A stretch of DNA of 32,000 bases from Candidatus Nanoarchaeia archaeon (GCA_028713895.1 JAQTNH010000001.1:157050-189049); one strand, 5' to 3'. Numbered from the stretch's first letter, positions 14,591 through 23,317 are shown. Numbers and translations are program-made. Notes: a model not told the origin generated them from the sequence alone.

Positions 14591-17550
14591 GAAAAATATG
14601 CGCTACGCTATTAGGTGAATGGCTAGGCTCCAGAACTGAAGAAGGACGTGGCAAGCTGCGATAAGCTTCGGGTATCCGCACGCAGGATAAGATCCGAAGA
14701 TTTCCTAATGAGACTTCTTGGTTCTTAGTAATAAGAATCACTCGCATTGCGAGAGGGAACTCCGTGAATTGAAACATCTTAGTAACGGAAGGAAAAGAAA
14801 TCTATGAGATACCGTTAGTAACGGCGAGCGAAAGCGGTATAGGGCAAACTGAATCTGCCAGAGTAATTTGGTAGACATGTGGTGTTTGGAACTGCGTATA
14901 TTATCCTTGATTACAAGTCGAAGTCGGCTGGAACGCCGTACCTTAGAGGGTGATAGTCCCGTAAACAAAAGAAAAGAGGATAATGCAGTTTCCAGAGTAT
15001 ACGGCGTTGATATTCGTCGTAGAAAGTGGGTGGCAACGACATCTAACCCTAAATATTCCTGGAGACCGATAGCAAATTAGTACTGTTAAGGAATGCTGAA
15101 AAGGATCCAGAAATGGATGTTAAAAGAACCTGAAACCTAGTAGTTACGGTAATATGCGGCCAAAAAGGTAAATTCTACAGCTACGGCTCTAGAATTTTTT
15201 CCATGGTTGCATTATTCCTGTCGGAAAAAGAAGCAGGGAGTTTGTCTATGTGGCAAGGCTAAATGTAGTTATACATGGAGCCGAAGCGAAAGCAACAAGC
15301 ACGCAGGTGACAAGGTGCGGGGTATGAAAATGCCTGTAGTCACATGGACCAGACCCGAAGCGCGGTGATCTATGCCAAGTTAGGATGAAGTGGGAGTTAA
15401 TTCTCCCATGGAGGTCCGAAGAGGTTCTGCCTTACAAAGCGTTCTCATGAACTTGGTATAGGGGTGAAAGGCCAATCATACCGCGAGATAGCTGGCTCCC
15501 TCCGAGATGTACCTAAGTACAGCCTCGACTGAGTATGATAAGAAGGTAGAGCGACTGATAGGCCATTTAGGAACCGAAAGGTTTCGGTGGCCAGTCAAAC
15601 TCCGAATTTCTTATCTACGTAGAAGTCGGGAGTGGGATTGTCGGGGTAAGCTTGACAAACAAAAGGGAGAGAACTCTAACTGTGGTTAAGGTCCCTAAGT
15701 TCTAATTAAGTGAATCAAACTTTGTTATAAACCAAAAACAGCCGGGAGGTAGGCTCAGAAGCAGCCATCCTTCAAAAAGTGTGTAACAACTTACCGGTCT
15801 AGGTTTATAGCGGGAAAAATGGACGGGTCTAAATTAGACACCGATACCACAGAGAACACCTTATAGGTGTTATTTGGTAGGGGGGCGTTCGGCATGGGTA
15901 GAAGCTGGGTCGTAAGAACCAGTGGACCGTGTTGTATTGAGAATCCTGCGGGTAGTAGCAGCATAGATAGGTGAGAATCCTATCCGTCTTAAGAGCCAGG
16001 GTTCCTCGGCAATGCTTCGTCAGCCGAGGGTTAGTCGATCCTAACTGCAACGGTAAACACAGTTGCGGGAAAGGGAAACAGGTTAATAATCCTGTACCAT
16101 TTGGATACGTTAGGTAACTAAAGTCAGACAATGACGCTTTCGGTTAGGTGGAGTACAACCATCGTTGTATTTAACCAGTATAGTTCCAGGGAGTTCTGTA
16201 ACAGAGAGATCTGGAATAAACTGGGAACAGCTTGCGTATGTGAGTTCCATTGAAACCAAGAGCCCGTGAAAAATTGTTCTGAAAGGACTCCAAGTGTTCG
16301 TACCAAGATCCGGGACAGGTGTCTCGAGCTTAGAAGGCTAAGACGTGTGGGGACAATTTAGTCAAGGGAACTCGGCAAAATAGCCCTTTAACTTAGGGAT
16401 ATAGGGTGCCTGCGGCAGTGATTTTCGAATTGTTGTTGCAGGCCTCAGAAACCAGGGGAATCGGACTGTTTAACAAAAACATAGCTGATTGCTAATCGGA
16501 AACGACTTGTACAATCGGCGACGCCTGCCCAGTGCAGGTATCCGAACATGAGTTTCAACTCGTATAAGGACCTGTAAACGGCGGAGGTAACTGTAACCTT
16601 CTTAAGCAAGCGCAATGCCTTGCCATTTAATTGATGGCTTTGCGAACGGCGTAACTAGATTCCCACTGTCCCTGACTAAAGCCCCGTGAACACACTATTC
16701 TGGTGCAAAGGCCAGAGAGCCCCATTGGGACGACAAGACCCCAGGAGCTTTACTACAGCCTGTACTTGTGATTCAAATTTTTCTTTATAGAGTAAGCAGG
16801 AGAGGTTATGCGTGCATCGCAAGATGTACGTTACTCGAAAGTGTAACACTGCTATTAAGAGTTTGGGTTGCTCATCTCATATTTAGTATGGGAAACACGT
16901 ACTGGTGGGTAGTTTGGCTGGGGTGGCACGCCATCGATAAGAAATCAATGGCGCCCTAAGGTCAACTCAATCGGGTCAGAACTCCGATATAGAGTGTAAA
17001 GGCAAAAGTTGGCTTGACTGTTTTTGAAAAAGATTCAAAAGCAGGTACGAAAGTAGGGCTTAGCGAACCGCAATATCTCTTTCGTTGAGTGTTTGTGATG
17101 ACAGAAAAGTTACCCTGGGGATAACAGAGTTGTCGCCTACGATAGCTCATATAGACTAGGCGGCTTGCTACATCGACGTCGGCTCCTCCCATCCTGGTTG
17201 TGCAGCAGCAACCAAGGGTACGGGTGTCCACCGGTTAAAGGGGGTCGTGAGCTGGGTTCAATACGCTGCGAGGCAGTATGGTTTTTATCTAGTGGGGCTG
17301 TTTGGTGACTGAGTGGAAGATGGTATTAGTACGAGAGGAACATACTATCGGCGCCTCTAGTAAACCAGTTGTCTGATAAGGCAGAAGCTGGGTAGCCACG
17401 CGTCAGCGGATAAATGCTGAAAGCATCTAAGCATGAAGCTGCTCGCAAAAAAAGTCACTTACAGGGCTGCGGTAGAAGACCGCGTTGATAGGATCGGGAT
17501 GTAATTTCGTAAGAAGCAGTCCACGATTACTAATCGCTCTTTGCATATTT
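14591..17550 (+). rRNA. rrl: 23S (LSU) rRNA, archaeal
   Basis: ggtgaatggctaggctc..gaagaaggacgtggcaagctgcgataagc near the 5' end; gggataacag..catcgacgtcggctc (peptidyl-transferase region); agtacgagaggaac (sarcin-ricin loop). Ends pair as aaatatgc / gcatattt. No large intron or ORF noted. Confidence 0.95.
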
Positions 17551-17553
17551 AGT

Positions 17554-17575
17554 TACAATTCATTCCTATGCACAG
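17554..17575 (+). other. 3' arm of the 23S processing stem
   Basis: Exact complement of 14566-14587. Confidence 0.8.
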
Positions 17576-17591
17576 TATCGTTATATTTTAA

Positions 17592-17629
17592 TTTTTCTTT
17601 TTCTAAAAGAAACATTAATTAAAGAAAAC
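17592..17629 (+). terminator. T-rich hairpin + ACATTA element (copy after 23S)
   Basis: tttttctttttctaaaagaaacattaattaaagaaaac. A second ACATTA box, aaacattaatgaaaaagaaac, lies at 17667-17687. Confidence 0.5.
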
Positions 17630-17816
17630 TTTCCGTGAACGCTTTTAGCGAAGCGCGAAAGGGTTCAAACATTAATGAAAAAGAAACTTTACTGTGTGTA
17701 GCGTGAGCTTTCTTTTCACAAGGGTTTTCTTTCAGCCCTTTAGAAAAGCGCTGGCGGAAAATTCTTCCATGAATGCTTCTTTCTAAGAAGGATTCAAAGA
17801 AAAGGCTTTGCAAGAA

Positions 17817-17831
17817 TAAACTTTATATATG
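17817..17831 (+). promoter_or_regulatory. TATA box for 17908 gene
   Basis: aaactttatatatgc. It is followed by a gaggtg...cacctc hairpin in the leader. Confidence 0.45.
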
Positions 17832-17907
17832 CTAAAAGACGCAGATTTTTTGTGAGGTGCGATTTATGAGACACCTCTGTAATCCTGAGGCGCTTTGATG
17901 TGAAATT

Positions 17908-18498
17908 ATGGCATACAACTTAAAAGAACTCACAAAAAAAATAAATGGCTGCACCCGCAGCGAAAAACATCTCAAACCGGATGAATCTGAAGACATGCAG
18001 AGGGCTATCAAGGATTATTTTGCGGAAAACATAACAAGGCTCAGCAAACAAGAATTTGAAAAGATTACAGAAGTGGGGAGCTATCATATAGACTTAAAAA
18101 AACTTTTTATCTCAGAGTACACCGAAAATGTTGTAAAGCCCTATATCATCAGCCAAGCAGAAAAACGTCCTGGCAAAAATTTCCACCCTGCTGAATTCAT
18201 CAAGTATCTCAAAATAAAGGAACTTCCTTTTGTGGCTGTAGCAAGGGCAACAAGCCAGCTCTGCAATGAGCGGGACACGGACTTGGTCAGTGTTATAGAA
18301 CTCAACAGCAAGAAATACTATCGTTACGACCCTGAATGCGCAGAACTGATGAGGGGGCCCATAGTCCGCCAAAAAACCAGCTGCCGCGGAGCCTATTGCA
18401 ATACGAACAGATGCCCAAAAAACAAGCCAGTCCCATCCCAAGAGAGCGCCAAAGTCCTGCCTGAAAGCCAGAGCTGCGAAACACTTATAAATTCTTAA
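17908..18498 (+). CDS. winged-helix + C-terminal four-Cys tail protein, paralog A (196 aa)
   Basis: ..FHPAEFIKYL...FVAVARATSQLCNER..LVSVIELNSKKYYRYDPECAEL..(x)..CRGAYCNTNRCPK. Shares this architecture with 19492, 20637 and 21251. Confidence 0.85.
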   Translation: MAYNLKELTKKINGCTRSEKHLKPDESEDMQRAIKDYFAENITRLSKQEFEKITEVGSYHIDLKKLFISEYTENVVKPYIISQAEKRPGKNFHPAEFIKYLKIKELPFVAVARATSQLCNERDTDLVSVIELNSKKYYRYDPECAELMRGPIVRQKTSCRGAYCNTNRCPKNKPVPSQESAKVLPESQSCETLINS

Positions 18499-18516
18499 CT
18501 AATAGGTAGTTACAAT
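18484..18516 (+). promoter_or_regulatory. 33-bp perfect repeat copy 1: TATA + TAACTA-n5-TAGTTA palindrome
   Basis: cttataaattcttaactaataggtagttacaat is identical to 21629-21661. It overlaps the stop codon of the upstream gene. ATG 18531 follows 15 nt later, after an SD-like gggtg. Confidence 0.7.
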
Positions 18517-18530
18517 TTAAGGGTGCAATA

Positions 18531-19463
18531 ATGAACTATGGCGAACGCGAAAAATTAGAGTCTATCTTAAGGAGTTTCACAGACGAACTCAGATGCCCGA
18601 GGACTGATAAAAAACCCAGGGCACCGGAAGAGTTCAAAACTGTTGAGGACAAAACTGCTGTGTTTGGTAGGAATGACATGCTGCGTTATTATAGAAAAGG
18701 CGAACTGGAAAAAAGATACCAGCTTGCTTTTCCCGACTTACAAAAGGGTGATTATGTTGCCATTGGCGTGCGCCTTGGCATGGGCAGGGAAATCATATTC
18801 AGCCTAGAAACCTTAGATGTGGTTGACTACATAATGAGCCTGGAAAGTGCTGTTCTAAAAGCGCTTGCCAAGCTCAAGCAGAACTATTATTCTGCAGGAC
18901 TATGTGAACCAGAGATGGCTAAAGAAAGGGCATTCCTTGAGGATTCTGTCAAATTCCTGAAAGACAATGTTTACATGCCAAAGAGTAAAGACGAGATAAA
19001 GACTGGCGCCAGACTTGATGTTTCAAATAGCTACCTTGAATATCTGCTGCGAAACCATGCACAAATAGGCTTCTGGGGGGTAGACCGAAACATTGTGATG
19101 CTGGACAACATAGGCCCTTCCTTTGTTTACAATCCAGGGCTTGTGCAGGAGCTTGAAAAAAAGAAGTGGACTTACGATGAAGAGTTCCCAAAAATCAGGG
19201 ATGTGTTTGACAAAAAAGAGAACCAGGACGAGCTGCTACGGCTGCTGGAAGAAAACAATAACGGGATTGGAGACAAAAGATTCAAGGGGATGCCTGCCCA
19301 AACATTGTTTGAAATTGTACTGGCATATCTGAAGAATGGATGCGGCTGCTATGAATACAGCAAGAAAAAATATCTTGAACGGTTTGAAACAGCGCTATTG
19401 TGCCCTATAAAAACAACAGAACCTGCAAATGAACAAAAAAAGCACTTTTTTATGGATATTTAA
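18531..19463 (+). CDS. hypothetical protein (310 aa), long paralog of 21662-22213
   Basis: GFWGVDRNIVMLDNIGPSFVYNPGLVQELEKKK aligns with GILTFDRSGMLKVWDNNLSLYCWNPGYVKRLEARQ of the 21662 protein. Confidence 0.85.
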   Translation: MNYGEREKLESILRSFTDELRCPRTDKKPRAPEEFKTVEDKTAVFGRNDMLRYYRKGELEKRYQLAFPDLQKGDYVAIGVRLGMGREIIFSLETLDVVDYIMSLESAVLKALAKLKQNYYSAGLCEPEMAKERAFLEDSVKFLKDNVYMPKSKDEIKTGARLDVSNSYLEYLLRNHAQIGFWGVDRNIVMLDNIGPSFVYNPGLVQELEKKKWTYDEEFPKIRDVFDKKENQDELLRLLEENNNGIGDKRFKGMPAQTLFEIVLAYLKNGCGCYEYSKKKYLERFETALLCPIKTTEPANEQKKHFFMDI

Positions 19464-19491
19464 GAGGATATGAAACAGGAGACGCAACAAA

Positions 19492-20598
19492 ATGGATGAT
19501 TCGCTTTTAAAAAAGCTGGCAATGGCATCAAAAAAAGTTGAAGCCAGCAGGAAGACTCCAAAAGCCAAATTGAGCGAGATGCGCCATAGTGCAAGAGAAA
19601 TTTTAGCCGAGTACTTCGGGAGTCCTGTGCGCCTGACTCCAACCCAGTATAATGCTGTAACAAAAATTCTTTCAGACTATCCCGGCCTTTTGAATGACGA
19701 GTTCAGGCCAAACTATCTGAAATTTTTTATGTACCCGAGCGTAACCAGCTTTCTTGAAAAAAATCAGGACAACCTTTTTTGCACAAAAGAGCTTATCAAA
19801 AATATAAAGCTAAACGAATTTAGTGATTACATTGTTACAAATGCAATGACAGGGCTAAGCGAATCAATTGACAGCGACATTATCGCAAAGTACAATGGCA
19901 GCCATATAAAATCATACAAACTCAGCCCGGAATGTGCAGAAGCGCTGAGGTTTGACTGGATATCCCACAAGCCAGTGTGCAGAACAGAGTGTGAAAGCGA
20001 CGAATGCCCAAAGAAAAAAGCAGAGAGAATAATAAACACGCGGCTGATTACCAAAAAAAGGCTTGCCTGTGAATGCGAAGCCCTGCAAGAGTCCAGCCAG
20101 GATGAAATCTGGGAGTATATCACAGGCGACAAAAGGGGCGAAACAAACATGTTCACCCTCTTTGGAGTCGCACAAAGGTTTTTGGCTGCAAAGGATTATG
20201 AGAACGCAATAAAATTTTATGAGAAAGCCCTTAAAAGCATTGAAGAAGTCAGGAAAACAAAACCTTCTGATGAAGGGCTCAAGCATGTTGAATACGAAGT
20301 CCTTTGCAAACTCGGGCAGTCCTATCCAGACATGAGGGACAATAAACATTCAAAAAAGATAATTGAAAACGCAATGCATCTTGAGCCAGGGAACGCATAT
20401 GCCCACCTGATTAACCTAAAACGCATTCTTGAAAGCGGGGAACAAAAAAAGATGCCCGACTCAAAACTTTTGTATTTTCTTGAAGGCGACGATGCAATCC
20501 TTACGCATGAAGTGTTTAAGCAGGCAAAGATTGACACAGCCATAAAGGTGTTCAAACTGCCTGGAAAAGAAGGGGCGGCTAGAAAAATTTATATTTAA
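19492..20598 (+). CDS. winged-helix + four-Cys tail protein with a C-terminal TPR-like extension, paralog B (368 aa)
   Basis: ..SYKLSPECAEAL..(x)..CRTECESDECPKK, then AAKDYENAIKFYEKALKSIEE and LEPGNAYAHLINL, which look like TPR helices. Confidence 0.85.
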   Translation: MDDSLLKKLAMASKKVEASRKTPKAKLSEMRHSAREILAEYFGSPVRLTPTQYNAVTKILSDYPGLLNDEFRPNYLKFFMYPSVTSFLEKNQDNLFCTKELIKNIKLNEFSDYIVTNAMTGLSESIDSDIIAKYNGSHIKSYKLSPECAEALRFDWISHKPVCRTECESDECPKKKAERIINTRLITKKRLACECEALQESSQDEIWEYITGDKRGETNMFTLFGVAQRFLAAKDYENAIKFYEKALKSIEEVRKTKPSDEGLKHVEYEVLCKLGQSYPDMRDNKHSKKIIENAMHLEPGNAYAHLINLKRILESGEQKKMPDSKLLYFLEGDDAILTHEVFKQAKIDTAIKVFKLPGKEGAARKIYI

Positions 20599-20636
20599 TT
20601 TAGCGATATTGTTTGATGAGGTTTTGGAGGAAGTCT

Positions 20637-21173
20637 ATGCAGGGGAGCTCTCTTGAAAAAATGCTGGACAAGGGCGCATTATGGCAAAGGAAGAGAAGAA
20701 AAGAGACAGAGGAGAAGATGCGGAAATATATCCTTGACAACAACATACAAAGATTAAACAAAAAAGAGTATAACCGCACCATAAACAGCCTGAGCAACGG
20801 CTTGAAATCACGAGTGATAAGCAAGGCGTTTGGGAAAATGTACGCTGATATTGTGCTTAAGCCTGTGTTTCTTGGGTTCCTGGAAAAAAATTCTGGGAAC
20901 ACCTATTCTGTCAGAGAACTGATTGAGGATATAGGAATTTATGAGGTATCTGTTGGACGAATCAGCTGTGCGCTTAGTGATTTGTACAGAAGAATTGACA
21001 ATGACGTAGTACAAGTAAAGCGAACCACAACCGGGCGGATGAATTACTACAAACATGACCCTGGCTGCGCAGATGCACGCAGAATCGGGCACAAAAAATG
21101 GTGCTGTTATGAAGAGGACTGCAACACAAAGTTCTGCCCAAAAACAAAGCCGGGAATGCAAGCAAAAAACTGA
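20637..21173 (+). CDS. winged-helix + four-Cys tail protein, paralog C (178 aa)
   Basis: ATG 20637 is preceded by GGAGG (20626-20630); the TTG at 20613 in the ORF track is less likely. ..NYYKHDPGCADARRIGHKKWCCYEEDCNTKFCPKTKP. Confidence 0.85.
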   Translation: MQGSSLEKMLDKGALWQRKRRKETEEKMRKYILDNNIQRLNKKEYNRTINSLSNGLKSRVISKAFGKMYADIVLKPVFLGFLEKNSGNTYSVRELIEDIGIYEVSVGRISCALSDLYRRIDNDVVQVKRTTTGRMNYYKHDPGCADARRIGHKKWCCYEEDCNTKFCPKTKPGMQAKN

Positions 21174-21217
21174 TGCGATATCTGCAGAATCATCATACTT
21201 TTTTAGTTCAATCAACA

Positions 21218-21229
21218 AAATTTAAATAG
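21218..21229 (+). promoter_or_regulatory. TATA box for 21251 gene
   Basis: aatttaaatagg lies about 26 nt upstream of ATG 21251, so the gene looks leaderless. Confidence 0.45.
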
Positions 21230-21250
21230 GGTAATTTTTCTAATGGTTTC

Positions 21251-21619
21251 ATGGCTGAGATGGGTTTAGAGCGAAGAGTGAATGCCGCTGAAATGCCTGC
21301 TGCGGACGAAGCTGAACTGCTGAAATTCTTTAGCAAGCATCCGGGCGAAGTTTACACTGCAGAAAGTGTTGCTGAACTGCTGAAGAAAAAAGATGCGGGC
21401 GCGGTAGATAAAGCGCTTGCCATGCTGAGCGAACGAACCGACAATTACATAGTCATACTGCGCAGTAAGGATGACAAAAAAGCGAGCAGCTACAGGTATG
21501 ACAAGGACTGCGCAGAAGCACAGACGCGCGAAGACAGGAAAATCAGCTGCTGCATGCTTGGCGAATGCGGAACAACCAGCTGCCTGCGGGAATACCAAAA
21601 CTGCCATTCAAAAGAATGA
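21251..21619 (+). CDS. short winged-helix + four-Cys tail protein, paralog D (122 aa)
   Basis: LLKFFSKHPGEVYTAESVAELL...VDKALAMLSE..YIVIL (winged helix), then SSYRYDKDCAEAQTREDRKISCCMLGECGTTSCL. Confidence 0.85.
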   Translation: MAEMGLERRVNAAEMPAADEAELLKFFSKHPGEVYTAESVAELLKKKDAGAVDKALAMLSERTDNYIVILRSKDDKKASSYRYDKDCAEAQTREDRKISCCMLGECGTTSCLREYQNCHSKE

Positions 21620-21628
21620 TTCGAAATC

Positions 21629-21661
21629 CTTATAAATTCTTAACTAATAGGTAGTTACAAT
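21629..21661 (+). promoter_or_regulatory. 33-bp perfect repeat copy 2: TATA + palindrome
   Basis: Identical to 18484-18516. ATG 21662 follows immediately, so the gene looks leaderless. Confidence 0.7.
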
Positions 21662-22213
21662 ATGAATAAAGACTTAGAAGAATCGGTAACCTTTTTCGGA
21701 ACAATAATTCCGCAACTGGAAGAGATGGATGTCACAGACAGGGACGGCATGTGGCTTGAGGGAATAATCAGCCTCCTGAAAAGAAACCCGCTGCAGACGT
21801 GGACAGCCACCAATATAGCCAGCCGGATAACCAAGGATGGCAAGGCGTACAGGCAGAAAATAGGCGAGCTTGCAACAGACCATTGCAAATACGGAATCCT
21901 GACATTTGACAGGAGCGGGATGCTTAAGGTATGGGACAACAATTTATCATTGTACTGCTGGAACCCTGGTTATGTAAAGAGGCTTGAAGCCAGGCAAAGA
22001 AAGCTCCTGGATTTTGACAGGCATGCTGAAGCGTTCATGGAAAATGAGCAGGCCACCCTGAATGCACTTGTTGAGCTGCTTCCGGCTCACAGAATAGACC
22101 CAAAATGCGCACAAATGGTTTATGATTATGTTACAGTCTATATTGAGTCAAATGGGGTGGCGCCGCACGTGACCAATTTGCAGGAATACAGGCAGAACAA
22201 GCTGCCGCATTGA
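21662..22213 (+). CDS. hypothetical winged-helix-like protein (183 aa), short paralog of 18531-19463
   Basis: IISLLKRNPLQTWTATNIASRI...KYGILTFDRSGMLKVW, plus the shared NPG[YL]V motif. Confidence 0.85.
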   Translation: MNKDLEESVTFFGTIIPQLEEMDVTDRDGMWLEGIISLLKRNPLQTWTATNIASRITKDGKAYRQKIGELATDHCKYGILTFDRSGMLKVWDNNLSLYCWNPGYVKRLEARQRKLLDFDRHAEAFMENEQATLNALVELLPAHRIDPKCAQMVYDYVTVYIESNGVAPHVTNLQEYRQNKLPH

Positions 22214-22227
22214 GTTCTGAATGGCAA

Positions 22228-22238
22228 ACTTTAAATAC
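22228..22238 (+). promoter_or_regulatory. TATA box for RNase P RNA
   Basis: actttaaatac is centred about 25 nt upstream of the paired 5' end at 22258. Confidence 0.45.
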
Positions 22239-22257
22239 TTCATTTTGTATAGCTACC

Positions 22258-22601
22258 ATGTGGGTGAGTGGTTGACTACAGATGCTGATTAGGTAATCAG
22301 TATTTAGGAAGCTTCGTCCATCAGCCCTTTTCGCTTCGCGCAAGCGCTGGCGGAAACGGGTGTATGTTCACCATGGCAACATGTCTCCGGAAACGGAGGG
22401 CTCTGACGCAGAAAAAAACTGCTCTTTGCGCAGAATGAGGCCGAAAGGCTGACATTGCAAAGAAACAGGTGAAATCGTCAGCCTGAACGATGCAAGGGCT
22501 TTGACCTGCTTAGTCGAATGTCAACGCGCCTGTCTAAGACGGCAAATGAGGTGAATATTTGCCTGAGGGGCGACAGAAGACGAGCTATAGCTCACCCACA
22601 T
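22258..22601 (+). ncRNA. rnpB: RNase P RNA
   Basis: Termini pair (atgtgggtgag 22258-22268 / ctcacccacat 22591-22601, P1). CR-I-like AGGAAGCUUCGUCC (22306-22319) and CR-V-like ACAGAAGACGAGCUAU (22573-22588) form P4 (agct-U-cgtc / gacgagct) with the conserved bulged U. P3-like hairpin ctgatt-aggt-aatcag. uuagucgaaug resembles CUAGAUGAAUG of bacterial RNase P. Confidence 0.8.
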
Positions 22602-22604
22602 AAT

Positions 22605-22670
22605 CTTTCTTTTCCCGAAAAGAAACATTAGTGAAAGAAAAGGGATTTGAAAGCATTAATGGAAGAAAAC
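22605..22670 (+). terminator. T-rich hairpin + ACATTA element (copy after RNase P RNA)
   Basis: ctttcttttcccgaaaagaaacattagtgaaagaaaagggatttgaaagcattaatggaagaaaac. Confidence 0.5.
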
Positions 22671-22692
22671 ATATTGGGACAGCGAGATAAAA

Positions 22693-23070
22693 ATGATTGC
22701 AGATAGAATTGGAAACACAGCTGTATCTGAAGACCGAACTGAAATTTTTACTCCTGTAACTTATGGTGTGTACCAGCTCGTTGTTAAAACAAAGAAAACT
22801 GGGGACAAAAGTTACAGACACACAGTCAGACTGGCTTTTATTGCACAGGACAATAACGAGCGGTCAGGCGATTCATCCATAAATGCGCTGGAAGTAGTTA
22901 TGACAAACCCTGAAGTATTTTTGTATGAAGACATAAAAACATGTGATTTGGCAAAAGCAGTACGAAGGCATGTCGCACTTGTCGCAGATGTAAGCGAGAA
23001 CGCAGACGATTATTCAAGCAGGATAAGAAAAGTTTTTCGAACATACTACGGAGAACCGTGGAACCTATAA
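22693..23070 (+). CDS. hypothetical protein (125 aa)
   Basis: Clean ORF with no overlapping alternative. No family recognised. Confidence 0.65.
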   Translation: MIADRIGNTAVSEDRTEIFTPVTYGVYQLVVKTKKTGDKSYRHTVRLAFIAQDNNERSGDSSINALEVVMTNPEVFLYEDIKTCDLAKAVRRHVALVADVSENADDYSSRIRKVFRTYYGEPWNL

Positions 23071-23108
23071 AAGAAACGTTTAAAAACAAACTAATTTTGT
23101 GATAGTAT

Positions 23109-23282
23109 ATGGCAACAGACAAGAGCAAGGTAAGACTGCCTTCAAGCAGCGGCGGAATAATGCAGTATTACGACGAATACTCAAGCAAACTGCACATATC
23201 GCCGTGGCACGTTATAATATTGGTGGCAATTGTGATGGTTATTGTAATACTGCTCAATGCGTTGAATCCTTTCGGGCTGTAA
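23109..23282 (+). CDS. secG: preprotein translocase subunit Sec61beta/SecG (57 aa; not in the ORF track)
   Basis: MATDKSKVRLPSSSGGIMQYYDEYSSKLHISPWHVIILVAIVMVIVILLNALNPFGL has the conserved P-S-S-x-G-(L/I)-x-x-Y-(Y/F)-D-E motif plus a C-terminal TM segment. The 67-aa ORF 23099-23302 in another frame is rejected. Confidence 0.8.
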   Translation: MATDKSKVRLPSSSGGIMQYYDEYSSKLHISPWHVIILVAIVMVIVILLNALNPFGL

Positions 23283-23317
23283 TAAGGTTTTTAACTGGCT
23301 AATCTTTATTATTTTAG

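Noticed and set aside
14538-17231. ORFs 14538-14777, 14738-14968, 14868-15080, 15507-15689, 15829-16131, 16124-16306, 16768-16959 and 16962-17231
   Set aside because: All lie inside the 23S rRNA or its processing stem. None is long enough or looks like a homing endonuclease, so there is no evidence of an intron-encoded protein.
17619-17813. 64-aa minus-strand ORF in the 23S downstream region
   Set aside because: It runs through the hairpin/ACATTA repeats, has a low-complexity translation and has no start context.
17908-22213. Island 2 as an integrated virus or plasmid (many small wHTH/Cys proteins)
   Set aside because: No integrase, replication, capsid or packaging gene, and no flanking att repeats seen in this window. 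It is kept as a paralog expansion rather than a mobile element.
23099-23302. 67-aa ORF from the ORF track
   Set aside because: The out-of-frame 57-aa Sec61beta reading (23109-23282) has a conserved motif and a TM segment; this frame has neither.
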